A stretch of DNA of 64,000 bases from Blastocatellia bacterium (GTDB taxonomy: Bacteria > Acidobacteriota > Blastocatellia > RBC074). The translations under genes and the position numbers were made by a program. Location: NCBI GenBank assembly GCA_043783625.1, contig JAYVZE010000017.1, positions 2,230 to 66,229 on the forward strand, given 5' to 3'. Shown piece by piece: positions 49,808 through 59,375 of this stretch (position 1 is the first letter of the stretch; each line of letters opens with the position of its first letter). The notes under the pieces were generated by a model, which worked only from the letters and a program-made list of their open reading frames with translations, had not been told where the DNA came from and searched no databases.

Positions 49808-51352
49808 TTAAGGTTTGATCTTACGGGTGAAAGTCAGTGTTCCGACTTTGGTTCCAGCTAATGTTCCAATGCTGGCAACGTATTTGGCTTGCGCCACTGC
49901 ACCTGTGCTGGCGCTAACGACCGGCACTACTACCGTTCCATCATTGTTGGCAGCTTCACCTGCCACGTAGTTGGTGGCTCCGGCCCAGTTATTAGCACCG
50001 GCATCACCATCTTCAGTGATGACGACTAATTGCGCAGGAAGATCAACGCTGCCTGATCCTGTCGGAGCAGCCGAAACGTTGGTGGCAGTCACGGTGTACT
50101 GAATGTCAGCGCCTGGAACCGGATCAGTCGCTGCACCAACGCCAGTGGCGTTGACAACGGTAGCTGTTTTCAAGAGCCTCAGATAACCGGGGAACAGACG
50201 ATCAATCGTGTTATTGGTAATCAATGGATCCATTACTGAACAGACCGTGATGACGGTGTCATAACCAGCTTCGGTAACAACTCCGGTAGGAAGTGTGACG
50301 CGAACCTTATAGTTCAGACTTGAACCCGCTGCGACCGCCGCAGTGGTGACCATTGGTGTCGCAGTTGGTGCACCGGCTAAAACAACAGTCGTGTAAGTTG
50401 CACCGCCATCAATGCTGATTTCGACGGTTGATCCGGCTGGATAAGTACCAGCACCAGTGGCAGGTTTAATCGTGAATGTTTCCGGGCCGTTGCCAGAGTT
50501 CTTCAAAGTATTATCGAAGACAGTTGGAGTCGTCGGAGCATTTGGATCAACCGCTTTATTGGTGTAATCCGTATTCAGGTTCGCTGGCGCAGCACCTGGA
50601 CCTGTGGCGTTTGGCGCACCATTTGGACCATTCTGAACCATTGGCACGTTGCTGACATTTAGTACTACCGCACCCTTGGCTTCTTTTTCAGGGCCGGTGA
50701 TCGTAATGCCTCCCGGTGCGCTGGTCGAAACTTCATGTATCGACGAATCCTTAGTTTGGTTGTCAAACCCAGTGCCTGTGGTGGTATCGCCGAGTGAAAC
50801 GGTGAGGGCTGCACCTGCAATGGCGGCTGTGTCAACTGTGACAGTGACGACAACCTTTTTGGTTGCGCCCTGGGCAATCAATTGATCTACTGCGGCGGCA
50901 TTGCCCAGGATGTCAATGTCGCCAGCACCAAATGTGCCGTTGCCATCGTTATCAATGAACGCTGAGGCTACGGTTCCAGGCCCGCTGAGCTGAACACTTG
51001 CACCACTTGGCAGGAAGTGAGCGTTGTTCGAGAAGTTGCCCAGATTGTTGACATCGAATGTAAAGGTTGCCGTTGAACCGGGTGCCGGTGTTGGCGCACC
51101 AGTAGCAGGTGCTGTCTGATCCGGTGTGATCGACAAGCCGGCGACATACGCGACAGTGGTGACGACTTCATTCGATGTCGTGTTGTACTTTAATGGAGTT
51201 AACGGATCGTCTGTATAGGTCGCGGACGCTTTGTTTTTGATTTGTGTTCCGCCAGCGGTTGCAGTTGATTGTGCAAGTGCGGAAGTAGCTAACGAGGCGA
51301 GGACAACAGCGCCGATCAGCACCTTTCCCCAAATATTAATTTTGCTCTTCAT
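49808..51352 (-). CDS. Secreted DUF11-repeat protein B (514 aa) with Thr/Ala/Pro-rich segments.
   Basis: Signal 'MKSKINIWGKVLIGAVVLASLATSALAQ'. 'IKNKASATYTDDP ... SNEVVTTVAYVAG' DUF11 end-motif as in C. AGGAG Shine-Dalgarno upstream of the ATG. Confidence 0.6.
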   Translation of the reverse strand: MKSKINIWGKVLIGAVVLASLATSALAQSTATAGGTQIKNKASATYTDDPLTPLKYNTTSNEVVTTVAYVAGLSITPDQTAPATGAPTPAPGSTATFTFDVNNLGNFSNNAHFLPSGASVQLSGPGTVASAFIDNDGNGTFGAGDIDILGNAAAVDQLIAQGATKKVVVTVTVDTAAIAGAALTVSLGDTTTGTGFDNQTKDSSIHEVSTSAPGGITITGPEKEAKGAVVLNVSNVPMVQNGPNGAPNATGPGAAPANLNTDYTNKAVDPNAPTTPTVFDNTLKNSGNGPETFTIKPATGAGTYPAGSTVEISIDGGATYTTVVLAGAPTATPMVTTAAVAAGSSLNYKVRVTLPTGVVTEAGYDTVITVCSVMDPLITNNTIDRLFPGYLRLLKTATVVNATGVGAATDPVPGADIQYTVTATNVSAAPTGSGSVDLPAQLVVITEDGDAGANNWAGATNYVAGEAANNDGTVVVPVVSASTGAVAQAKYVASIGTLAGTKVGTLTFTRKIKP

Positions 51353-51511
51353 CTATACTCCTGATTGAGTTCTGAAGTTGATATTTATAGCTAGGCGGAT
51401 TTTTAGTAATCCGCCAGCCTCCTACGGCGAGAAAAGGCACTATCCACAGGGGATGCACCGAAGTAGCGTTGTGAGAACAACTGCCACTGATTGGGCTTCA
51501 AGCCGGGTCAA

Positions 51512-52036
51512 TTACTTGACGCGAACTTTGTATGAAGCCGAAAATTGCTTACCTTCAGTAAGCGGGTCATTCCATTCGTAGCGAATCCGGGTGTACATAG
51601 AAACGGGTGCTGCTACTTTTTTGGTTGAGCCGTCAGGTTGCTTTTGGTCAATCATTGGCTTTTCATCGAAGGTTTTACCGTCATCAATGCTGTAAACGAT
51701 TTTGACACTGCCTTCTGCTTTGGCACTGCTGGCAACGTAGGCTGTCCCGGTCGGAATTTCACCAACGGTTTTGTAATTTTGGGCGGGAGTCGTTCCCGCA
51801 TTCATGGAGGTGATCGTCCAGTTCAAAACTTCGCCGGGGTTCAGGTTGCCGGCTTTTTCAACATCGACAGGTTTGTTTTCGCGGGTCACTGTTCCCAGTA
51901 AGGAAATTTTGACATCCGGGCGAACGAGCGTAGCGATGGCGTTAGCAATCGAATTGCGTTGTGCAAAAGCACTGCCAGCGACAACGAATAACGCGATTAA
52001 AGTGATCGAAGATAATTGTGATTTAAGGTTTTTCAT
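51512..52036 (-). CDS. Small secreted single-DUF11-domain protein A (174 aa).
   Basis: Signal 'MKNLKSQLSSITLIALFVVAGSAFAQ'. 'PGEVLNWTITSMNAGTTPAQNYKTVGEIPTGTAYVASSAKAEGS' fits the DUF11 core (G..v.Y.itv.N.G...A.nv.v.d.lP.G...v). Confidence 0.6.
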   Translation of the reverse strand: MKNLKSQLSSITLIALFVVAGSAFAQRNSIANAIATLVRPDVKISLLGTVTRENKPVDVEKAGNLNPGEVLNWTITSMNAGTTPAQNYKTVGEIPTGTAYVASSAKAEGSVKIVYSIDDGKTFDEKPMIDQKQPDGSTKKVAAPVSMYTRIRYEWNDPLTEGKQFSASYKVRVK

Positions 52037-52391
52037 GGGCTTCAGTCCTTGAGGTTGAGTTATAAATTTTCATCGGCGCATCCGCGTTGGATTTGCCCGT
52101 TAGGTGGGGGGCTGACTAGCGCTTGTGCAGTGTTGGCACAGCGGCTCGATATAAGTCTTACAACTTCTGTGCCATACTTTTGAGGCAGTCTGTGACGTGG
52201 CTAACTTGCCAAATGAATGAATTTGCAGGATTCGAGTGAAATCTGGTCAAATTGCTGAAGTGACGGAATTCGGCAAAAACGGCTGACAGTAATTGTTGCG
52301 GTCAGGCTTTCTCAAAGTTGGAAGTACTCGCCTTTATGAAAGCTTACCCGTATAATCATTTGTTCCTGATAACTTTGAATTTAATGATGTT

Positions 52392-53039
52392 TTGCTTCAC
52401 ATGAATTTTTTTCTTTCTTCTATTTTCTGCCTGTTTTTTACTCCGTTTTCTTCTTCCTCAGAACTTGAGGTGCTGATCCAGAATCTTCAGAATAAATATG
52501 CCAGGCTAGCAACTCTCAGTGCTGATTTTACGCAGAGCTATACCGCTCCAAATGTGCGATCTCGTCGTGAGTCCGGTCGGTTGCAGCTCAAAAAGCCGGG
52601 TAAAATGCGATGGGATTATGTCGCGCCAGAGGCGAAGCAATATGTGGCAGATGGAAAATTTGTGTATGAATATCTTCCTGCTGATCGAATTGTGACGCGC
52701 ACTTCGGCAAATAATCTGAACGATTGGCGCACTCCGTTTTTATTTTTGCTGGGACGCGGGAATTTACGGCGCGATTTTTCCCGGATTGAATTTTCGAGTG
52801 AAGCTCCGGTCAGGGCTGGTCATCGTGTGCTGCGACTGATTCCCAAACGAAGCTCAGACATTCTCGAAGTTATCCTCGAAGTCGAACCCGGAAGCTGGCA
52901 ATTGTCACGACTGTCATTTCTAAAATCAGGTCAGTCCCGGATAGATTTTTTGCTCAGCAATGTGCAGGAAAATATTGCTCTTCCTGAGACAAATTTTTCA
53001 TTCAAAATACCAGGTGGTGTAACGCTGAAACAGTATTGA
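52392..53039 (+). CDS. LolA-like periplasmic lipoprotein-carrier family protein, divergent from the DUF11 block.
   Basis: 'LQNLQNKYARLATLSADFTQ ... GRLQLKKPGKMRWDYVAPEAKQYVADGKFVYEY' resembles the LolA fold signature (A.F.Q ... G.l.l..P.k.RW.Y..P..q.iv.DG..vw.Yd). Confidence 0.6.
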   Translation: MLHMNFFLSSIFCLFFTPFSSSSELEVLIQNLQNKYARLATLSADFTQSYTAPNVRSRRESGRLQLKKPGKMRWDYVAPEAKQYVADGKFVYEYLPADRIVTRTSANNLNDWRTPFLFLLGRGNLRRDFSRIEFSSEAPVRAGHRVLRLIPKRSSDILEVILEVEPGSWQLSRLSFLKSGQSRIDFLLSNVQENIALPETNFSFKIPGGVTLKQY

Positions 53040-53055
53040 TAATTCCTTTACTCCT

Positions 53056-53727
53056 ATGATTTCAAAACAAAAACTCCATATTTTTTCTGATTTTGACGGG
53101 ACGATTACGAATACTGATTCGCTGGTTTTTCTGACGCGAATGTTAGGCGCAGGAGAATCCGCCATTATCGAAATCGGTCAGCAGCTCCGTGCGAATACAA
53201 TGACTTTACGCGCAGGAATAAGCGCTGAAATGGGCAGTATTCGTGCCTCTTTTGAGGAAGCCAGAGATTTGCTCTTGAAGCAGGTTAAGGTTGATCCCGA
53301 CTTCAAAAAATTTGTCGAATGGTGCGATGAGAGCCAAATCCCCGTGACGGTTTTAAGTGCAGGGTTTCATGAATTCATTGATTTGTTTTTGACATCAGAG
53401 GAATATCCGACTTTGGAAATTCTGGCGAGCCGGATCAACCCGCAACCAACTGGATGGGAATGTATTTTTCGAGATGATTCAGATTACGGCAACGACAAGG
53501 CCGCTGCGATTCAGCGGGCGCGAGCCAGCGGCTATCACACGATTTTTCTCGGTGACGGGCTGAGTGATCGCGCTGCTGCTGAAGTTGCAGATGTTGTTTT
53601 TGCGAAGCGATCTTTAGCTGAACATTGCCGGGTGAATTCGATTCCATTTACTGAATTCCAAACGTTTGCTGAAGTCCTCGCCATACTGGTGCGCCAGCAT
53701 CTTGCTGGCAAGGCTTTGCGCAGCTAA
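53056..53727 (+). CDS. HAD-IB family phosphatase (MtnX / phosphoserine-phosphatase-like).
   Basis: 'LHIFSDFDGTITNTDS' (HAD motif I DxDGT) and 'FLGDGLSDRAAA' (motif IV). Confidence 0.7.
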   Translation: MISKQKLHIFSDFDGTITNTDSLVFLTRMLGAGESAIIEIGQQLRANTMTLRAGISAEMGSIRASFEEARDLLLKQVKVDPDFKKFVEWCDESQIPVTVLSAGFHEFIDLFLTSEEYPTLEILASRINPQPTGWECIFRDDSDYGNDKAAAIQRARASGYHTIFLGDGLSDRAAAEVADVVFAKRSLAEHCRVNSIPFTEFQTFAEVLAILVRQHLAGKALRS

Positions 53728-53750
53728 GTGCCAGCAAGATGCTGGCGTAC
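53691..53750. repeat. Hairpin GCGCCAGCATCTTGCTGGCA ... TGCCAGCAAGATGCTGGCGTAC. It is another member of the REP family 2 theme and overlaps the last 12 codons of the HAD gene.
   Basis: Arms 53691-53710 and 53729-53750. The HAD stop codon at 53725-53727 lies in the loop. Confidence 0.5.
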
Positions 53751-53759
53751 CTGTAATTT

Positions 53760-54497
53760 ATGAACTTAATTATCAGCTCAGAAACGGAGCAACGGGAATT
53801 AGCCGCAAAGCGGGCCGAATTACAAAAGCTTGAAGATGCGTTGGCCGTCTGCGAAACAGAATTGTCGGTCGTGCAATCGGCGGTGCGGGAATTCGAAATC
53901 ACGTATCTTGAAACGATTGGTCAAAAGCTTGATGAGCTGGCAGTTATCGAAAAACAAATTCAGATCGTCATGGGCGAACGCGAAACCGAAGACGATTACA
54001 CGATCAGTAACGACCTCGAATGTGGACAAACAAAGTTTCATGCTTCGGAAAATTTGAAAAAACTTTACCGCGAAGTTGCGCGACTTTGTCATCCTGATTT
54101 AGCTGGCAATGAAGATGATCGGGAGCTGCGACATCGTTTGATGATTGCGGCGAATCAGGCCTATGAAAATGGCAGCGAAGAATATTTGCAAGCCATGCTC
54201 AGCACTGAAGCCAGCTTCGTTGAACTGGCACGGCAAAGCTTACGCGCCAGTGATTATGCACAGGTGATCCGCGCGATTCGCATTACGCAGGAGCGTCACA
54301 CCGAAGTCGCCGCAGAAATTATTCGCGTGAAAAATTCCGAGCTGTACCGCCTGCACCAACGCGCCCTGAAAGCCGAAGCGATAGGTCATAATTTCCTCCA
54401 GGAATTAGTTGAGCAAGTTGAGCGTCAAATCCGCAAAGCGAACAATCGGCTGGCGACTTTAAGCGCGGATTTGGCAATGATGCGCGCTCCGGTCTAA
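53760..54497 (+). CDS. J-domain (DnaJ-like) protein with an N-terminal coiled coil.
   Basis: 'LKKLYREVARLCHPDLAGNEDDRELRHRLMIAANQAYENG' contains the HPD tripeptide in J-domain context. Confidence 0.6.
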   Translation: MNLIISSETEQRELAAKRAELQKLEDALAVCETELSVVQSAVREFEITYLETIGQKLDELAVIEKQIQIVMGERETEDDYTISNDLECGQTKFHASENLKKLYREVARLCHPDLAGNEDDRELRHRLMIAANQAYENGSEEYLQAMLSTEASFVELARQSLRASDYAQVIRAIRITQERHTEVAAEIIRVKNSELYRLHQRALKAEAIGHNFLQELVEQVERQIRKANNRLATLSADLAMMRAPV

Positions 54498-54569
54498 AAT
54501 GAAGTACGATTTCGGAATTGGAAAGCCCGTCACTTTTGACTACAATATGATGACAGGAGGAGTAAATTT

Positions 54570-54788
54570 ATGAGTGCAGTCTTAACACCATCCACCGCAC
54601 CACGGAAAACCGACGAAGGGTGGATTATTGATACTCCGCATGGCTCAATTGGTGTTTTATATCCGAGTAGAAACGGCATCAGTATGGAAATTCTCCCACC
54701 GCCTACACCAGAGTTAGTATCTTCAGTTTTAGAAACTTGTGAAGAGTTTCGAGATGCGTTTGACGTGATGAAAAGGCTTGGAGATTAA
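54570..54788 (+). CDS. Hypothetical small protein (72 aa).
   Basis: Strong AGGAGG Shine-Dalgarno 8 nt upstream of the ATG. Confidence 0.4.
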   Translation: MSAVLTPSTAPRKTDEGWIIDTPHGSIGVLYPSRNGISMEILPPPTPELVSSVLETCEEFRDAFDVMKRLGD

Positions 54789-55010
54789 GAAGTTATTTGG
54801 CAATTCTTATTTGCCGCAGAGCTACAGAAAGATGGTAGTCAGATGTAATAAGCAGCTAGGCAATAATTATCCGGTGATTTCATTTTCCATCTATGAGTTT
54901 CCATTTTTCATTCCGATGGCAGCGACTTGGGCAATGACAATTGACAAATCATCAATGGAAAATGAAAGCTTTAAGGTTGGTTTTCCCGCACCTGAACTTA
55001 AATTTAAATC

Positions 55011-55976
55011 ATGAAAAATTATTACCTCGGCATTGATCTCGGCGGCACCAATATCAAAGCCGCATTAGTCAACACGCTGACCGGAGAAATCAGCGGGACG
55101 ACTTCCATTCCGACACAGTCGCGTGAAGGCTCCGATGCCGTCATTGCGAATATGGGAAAGCTGGTTGAAAGCATCGTCGCTGCCAGCGGAATCGCACCGG
55201 AAAATATTGGCGGGATTGGCATTGGCGTCCCCGGTGAAATTGATATGGAGCGGGGCGTGACTCTGTTCCTGACGAATCTGCCTGGGCAATGGCGCAATGT
55301 GGCGCTGGCTGAAAAATTGAAGGCACTCACGGGTTTTGATGTCAGGTTGATTAATGATGCTCGTGCGATGACGTTTGCCGAGTGGAAATTCGGTGCCGGC
55401 AAAGGCGTTGAGACAGCGGCTTTTTATACGCTCGGCACTGGGATTGGCGGCGGCTTAATCATTAACAATAAATTACATCTTGGGATTGGCGGCGCCGCCG
55501 GAGAACTCGGTCACGTCATCGTAGATTTGTACGGCGATGCCTGCGGTTGCGGCAGCCGTGGCTGTGTCGAATCCTACGCTTCCGGGCCGGCGATTGCGGC
55601 GATGGGAATGAAAGCTGTGGTGCAGGGATTGACGACGAGTCTGGCGGAACTGTGCGGCGATGATCTGAATAAAATTACGCCGGAACTGGTCTGTCAGGCG
55701 GCATTGGCAGGGGACGCTATCGCCAAAGAGATTTACGAACGTGCCGGACGCTACATCGGCATCGGAGTTGCCAGCATTATCACTGCCATTAATCCGCGTC
55801 GCGTCGTTTTTGGTGGAGGAGTCGCAGCGGCAGGCGAACTGATCCTTGACCCGATTCGCCGCACCGTCCACTCACGGGTGACTTTGATTAATGTTCATGA
55901 GGTTCATATTGTGCTGGCGATGCTGGGAAATAATGCCGGATTGGTCGGCGCGGCAACGTGGGCGAGCCAGACCTGA
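55011..55976 (+). CDS. ROK-family glucokinase.
   Basis: '[18 protein letters not shown]' and the ROK signature '[26 protein letters not shown]'. Confidence 0.8.
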   Translation: MKNYYLGIDLGGTNIKAALVNTLTGEISGTTSIPTQSREGSDAVIANMGKLVESIVAASGIAPENIGGIGIGVPGEIDMERGVTLFLTNLPGQWRNVALAEKLKALTGFDVRLINDARAMTFAEWKFGAGKGVETAAFYTLGTGIGGGLIINNKLHLGIGGAAGELGHVIVDLYGDACGCGSRGCVESYASGPAIAAMGMKAVVQGLTTSLAELCGDDLNKITPELVCQAALAGDAIAKEIYERAGRYIGIGVASIITAINPRRVVFGGGVAAAGELILDPIRRTVHSRVTLINVHEVHIVLAMLGNNAGLVGAATWASQT

Positions 55977-56036
55977 AGAATTTGTTTTGCGGAGAATCTT
56001 TCTTATGGTACTTAGTACTCTTTAGGAGGGGATTTG

Positions 56037-57011
56037 ATGCAAGCCATGGTCGGAGCCGAAACAAGACAAGTTGATGTATTATTAGTAGATGACGACAAAA
56101 CCGGATTGATGATCCTGACCCGCAGCCTGGAGCGTGCTAATTTTAGCGTCGCCGCCGTTGAAAGTGCGAATCGAGCCTTAGATTTGCTGACCTCCGAAAT
56201 TAAACCTGAAGTTATTATTGCCGACATCAGTATGCCTGAGATGGACGGTTATGAATTCTATCGTCAGGTTCGGGCGAAAGGGCTTTCGGATACGCCTTTC
56301 ATTTTTTGTTCAGGTCGGGACGGCGCCCTTGATCGCGTCCTGGGTTTGCGGATGGGAGCCGATGATTATCTGGTGAAGCCAATTGTCCCTGAAGAAGTCG
56401 TCTTAAAAGTCCGGCTTCAATTGACCAAAATTCAATACTTGAGAGCGCTCAAAACGGCGCTGGTCAATAAGGACTCTTCGGTCATTATGAGTGGGAATTT
56501 TGGTGGCATCAGCGTCATTGATGTTTTACAAACGGCGCGGATGCTGGGGAATGGCGACTATGCCGTTCACCTGACAACTGAAGAAGATAGCGGCGGAGTC
56601 TATTTAAAAAATGGTCAGGTTTTACACGCCGAAACAGGTTGGGCGGTTGGCGCAAAAGCTTTTTCTCGTTTACTAACTTGGGAAAGAGGCGGCTTTGTCA
56701 TTGAGTATAAGCACTTCGATGATGAACGGACGATGGTCGGTGGCTTGGAAGAATTGATGCTGGATCATCTGACGCAAATTGATGAAGTCCGTCAGTTGCG
56801 AAGTGAGATTGAGTATCATGGTAAAAAGTTTATTTGCAGCTCTTATCCCGAACCGATCAACGAAGCTGAGACGCATATTTGCAAAATGCTGCAATCACCG
56901 TTGACACTTGATAAACTTTTTGATGACTCAAAAATGAATGACCGTGCTATCGCCGAAGCTTTATTACAGCTCGTTAAAAGCGGTGGCGTAATTGCCATTT
57001 CAGAAAGCTAA
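56037..57011 (+). CDS. Response-regulator receiver protein with a C-terminal DUF4388 (PatA-like) domain.
   Basis: 'VLLVDDDKTGLMILTRSLE ... VIIADISMPEMDGYEFYRQVR' receiver. 'GNFGGISVIDVLQTARMLGNGDYAVHL...GGVYLKNGQVLHAE' is a DUF4388-type segment. GGAGGGG Shine-Dalgarno precedes the ATG at 56037. Confidence 0.7.
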   Translation: MQAMVGAETRQVDVLLVDDDKTGLMILTRSLERANFSVAAVESANRALDLLTSEIKPEVIIADISMPEMDGYEFYRQVRAKGLSDTPFIFCSGRDGALDRVLGLRMGADDYLVKPIVPEEVVLKVRLQLTKIQYLRALKTALVNKDSSVIMSGNFGGISVIDVLQTARMLGNGDYAVHLTTEEDSGGVYLKNGQVLHAETGWAVGAKAFSRLLTWERGGFVIEYKHFDDERTMVGGLEELMLDHLTQIDEVRQLRSEIEYHGKKFICSSYPEPINEAETHICKMLQSPLTLDKLFDDSKMNDRAIAEALLQLVKSGGVIAISES

Positions 57012-57013
57012 AT

Positions 57014-57083
57014 GCAGAAGCCCGCACGAAGTAAGGGCGCTTTCACATTATGAAAACACGCCCTTACTTCGTGCGGGCTTCTG
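57014..57083. repeat. REP family 1 hairpin (GCAGAAGCCCGCACGAAGTAAGGGCG ... CGCCCTTACTTCGTGCGGGCTTCTG) between convergent genes.
   Basis: It carries a compensatory T-to-A and A-to-T pair relative to the 18678 copy. Confidence 0.7.
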
Positions 57084-57090
57084 TATTTTA

Positions 57091-59193
57091 TTACTTTGAA
57101 ATCCCTATCTGTCCCAACGCAAAAGCATAATCAAAAGCCGTATCCTTCAAGCGATCATATCTGCCCGAAGCTCCGCCGTGTCCGCCTGGTTCAAGCTTGG
57201 TTTTGAAGAGCACCAGATTTTTATCCGTTTTCATCGCGCGTAATTTGGCGACGTATTTCGCTGGTTCCCAGTACATGACCTGACTGTCATTGAGCGAAGT
57301 TCGCACCAGCATCGTCGGGTAAGTTTTCGCTTCGATATTTTCGTAGGGCGAATAGGATTTCATATAATCGTATGCGGGTTTTTCGTTCGGATTTCCCCAT
57401 TCCAGATATTCGCCCACCGTCAACGGCAGCGTAGAATCAAGCATCGTATTCATCACATCCACGAACGGAACATACGTCATGACAGCCTTAAAAATATCGG
57501 GGCGCATATTTGCGACGGCTCCCATTAACAAGCCTCCGGCACTGCCTCCGGTGATGATGAGCTTATCTTTGCTCGTATAATTTTCTTTGATGAGGTGTTC
57601 ACTGCACGCAATAAAATCAGTGAACGTATTTTTCTTGACCATCATTTTTCCGGCATCGTGCCAGGGTTTGCCGAGGTCGCCGCCGCCGCGAATATGCGCA
57701 ACTCCGAAGATAAATCCGCGCTCCAGCAAGCTCACGCGATTCGAGGAAAAATCTACGTCGTTGCTGATGCCGTACGATCCATAGCCTTTCAAAAGTATGG
57801 GATTTGAACCATCACGCTTCATTCCTTTTTTATAAACAATTGAAATCGGAACCTTTGTGCCGTCGCTGGCGGTGGCGTGAATTCGTTCGGTTTGATAAAG
57901 GGATTTATCGTAGCCGCCCAGGACTTCCATGGCTTTCAATAGCTTGCTTTTACGGGATTTCAGGTCGTATTCAAACACGGAATTCGGCGTCACAAACGAC
58001 AAATATCCATAGCGAAATTTAGTGGTTTCGAATTCAGCATTGGCGCTTCCGAACAATGAATACACGGGTTCCGGGAAGCCGATGAAGTGTGATTCATTCG
58101 TTTTCAGATTCACAACTTTCAGCGTATTCAATCCATTTTCGCGTTCGTGGACGACGTAATTATTTGCAAAAAAATCCGTGTCTTCAATCATCACCGCGTC
58201 ACGATGCGGGATAATTTCTTTCCAGTTTTTCTTTGCCGGATCGGAGACCGGAGCGCTGACTAAGCGAAAATTTCTGCCTTTGTCATTTGTCCGAATATAA
58301 AATAAATCGCCGTGGTGATCGGGATAATATTCATGATCGTTTTCACGTGGAAGCATAATTTTTAATGCTTCGCCAGGCTGGTTTGCCGGAAGGTAGCGGA
58401 ATTCAGAAGTGGTTGCGCTGCTGATTTCCAGAAAGATAAATCCCTTGCTGCGCGTACGACTGGAGCCAACGCGGTACAGCTCATCTTTTTCCTCGTACAG
58501 TAATTCTGTTTTTCCTCCGAGCGTTTGCCGATAGAATTTGTCGGAACGTTTCGTCGTTGCATCTTCCGTGCAATAGAACAGCGTTTTGTTATCCGTCGCC
58601 CACGAAAGCGAAGTCACACGCTCGGCAGTGTCCGGCAGCTCCTGTCCCGTGCGTAAATCTTTGATGTGTAATTTGTATTGGCGAAAGCCTGAATCGTCGG
58701 TGGTGTACGCCAGCAGATTGCTGTCATCGCTCACATTAAAAGCCGCGATAGACAGGAATGGCTTGCCTTTCGCCATTTCGTTCATGTCCAGCAGGATTTC
58801 TTCTTTGGCTTTGAGGCTCCCTTTTTTACGGCAATAAATCGGATATTGCTGACCTTGTTCGGTGCGCGTGTAATACCAATAGCCGCCTTTGGGATAAGGC
58901 ACACTCAGGTCGGTTTCTTTAATTCTTCGCAGCATTTCCTGATAAAGCGCGGTCTGAAATTGTTCAGTCGGCTTCATGATGGCCGCCGTATATTCATTTT
59001 CAGCTTTCAGATAATCAATGACTTCAGGGTTCGATTTTTCACGTAACCAAAAATAATTATCAACTAACGTATCGCCGTGAATGGTCGTTGTTTTCGGTTG
59101 TTTCTTCGCTACTGGTGGAGTCTGAGACATAGTTTGATGTATTCCTGTGAACAATAAAATTATTAATAAGAGGGCAATTTGATGAGCTTTCAT
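57091..59193 (-). CDS. Oligopeptidase B / prolyl oligopeptidase family S9A serine peptidase (secreted).
   Basis: N-terminal signal, beta-propeller region, catalytic 'GGSAGGLLMGAVANMRPD' (GGSxGG nucleophile elbow), and C-terminal His in 'EPGGHGG'. Confidence 0.85.
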   Translation of the reverse strand: MKAHQIALLLIILLFTGIHQTMSQTPPVAKKQPKTTTIHGDTLVDNYFWLREKSNPEVIDYLKAENEYTAAIMKPTEQFQTALYQEMLRRIKETDLSVPYPKGGYWYYTRTEQGQQYPIYCRKKGSLKAKEEILLDMNEMAKGKPFLSIAAFNVSDDSNLLAYTTDDSGFRQYKLHIKDLRTGQELPDTAERVTSLSWATDNKTLFYCTEDATTKRSDKFYRQTLGGKTELLYEEKDELYRVGSSRTRSKGFIFLEISSATTSEFRYLPANQPGEALKIMLPRENDHEYYPDHHGDLFYIRTNDKGRNFRLVSAPVSDPAKKNWKEIIPHRDAVMIEDTDFFANNYVVHERENGLNTLKVVNLKTNESHFIGFPEPVYSLFGSANAEFETTKFRYGYLSFVTPNSVFEYDLKSRKSKLLKAMEVLGGYDKSLYQTERIHATASDGTKVPISIVYKKGMKRDGSNPILLKGYGSYGISNDVDFSSNRVSLLERGFIFGVAHIRGGGDLGKPWHDAGKMMVKKNTFTDFIACSEHLIKENYTSKDKLIITGGSAGGLLMGAVANMRPDIFKAVMTYVPFVDVMNTMLDSTLPLTVGEYLEWGNPNEKPAYDYMKSYSPYENIEAKTYPTMLVRTSLNDSQVMYWEPAKYVAKLRAMKTDKNLVLFKTKLEPGGHGGASGRYDRLKDTAFDYAFALGQIGISK

Positions 59194-59276
59194 GAGTTCT
59201 CCCGAAGTTTAGGTTACTGGTGGAGCAACGAGACGAAGATAGTAACTCTGATTGTGAATCTTGCCCAGTCGAAATG

Positions 59277-59364
59277 AAAAACGGTACAGTACGAGGAGCG
59301 ATAGCGACTTGGTAACTATGACGATTTACCAAGTCGCTATCGCTCCTCGTACTGTACCGTTTTT
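59277..59364. terminator. Perfect 39-bp inverted repeat with a 10-nt loop, flanked by an A-tract and a T-tract. It is a probable bidirectional terminator downstream of the giant repeat protein.
   Basis: AAAAACGGTACAGTACGAGGAGCGATAGCGACTTGGTAA ctatgacgat TTACCAAGTCGCTATCGCTCCTCGTACTGTACCGTTTTT. Confidence 0.65.
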
Positions 59365-59375
59365 CTTCCTACCTC

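Noticed and set aside
54778-55014. A 78-aa AT-rich ORF immediately upstream of and overlapping the ROK glucokinase start.
   Set aside because: It has no Shine-Dalgarno sequence, odd composition and no recognisable features. It could be a leader region. It is left uncalled, although it is not fully excluded.
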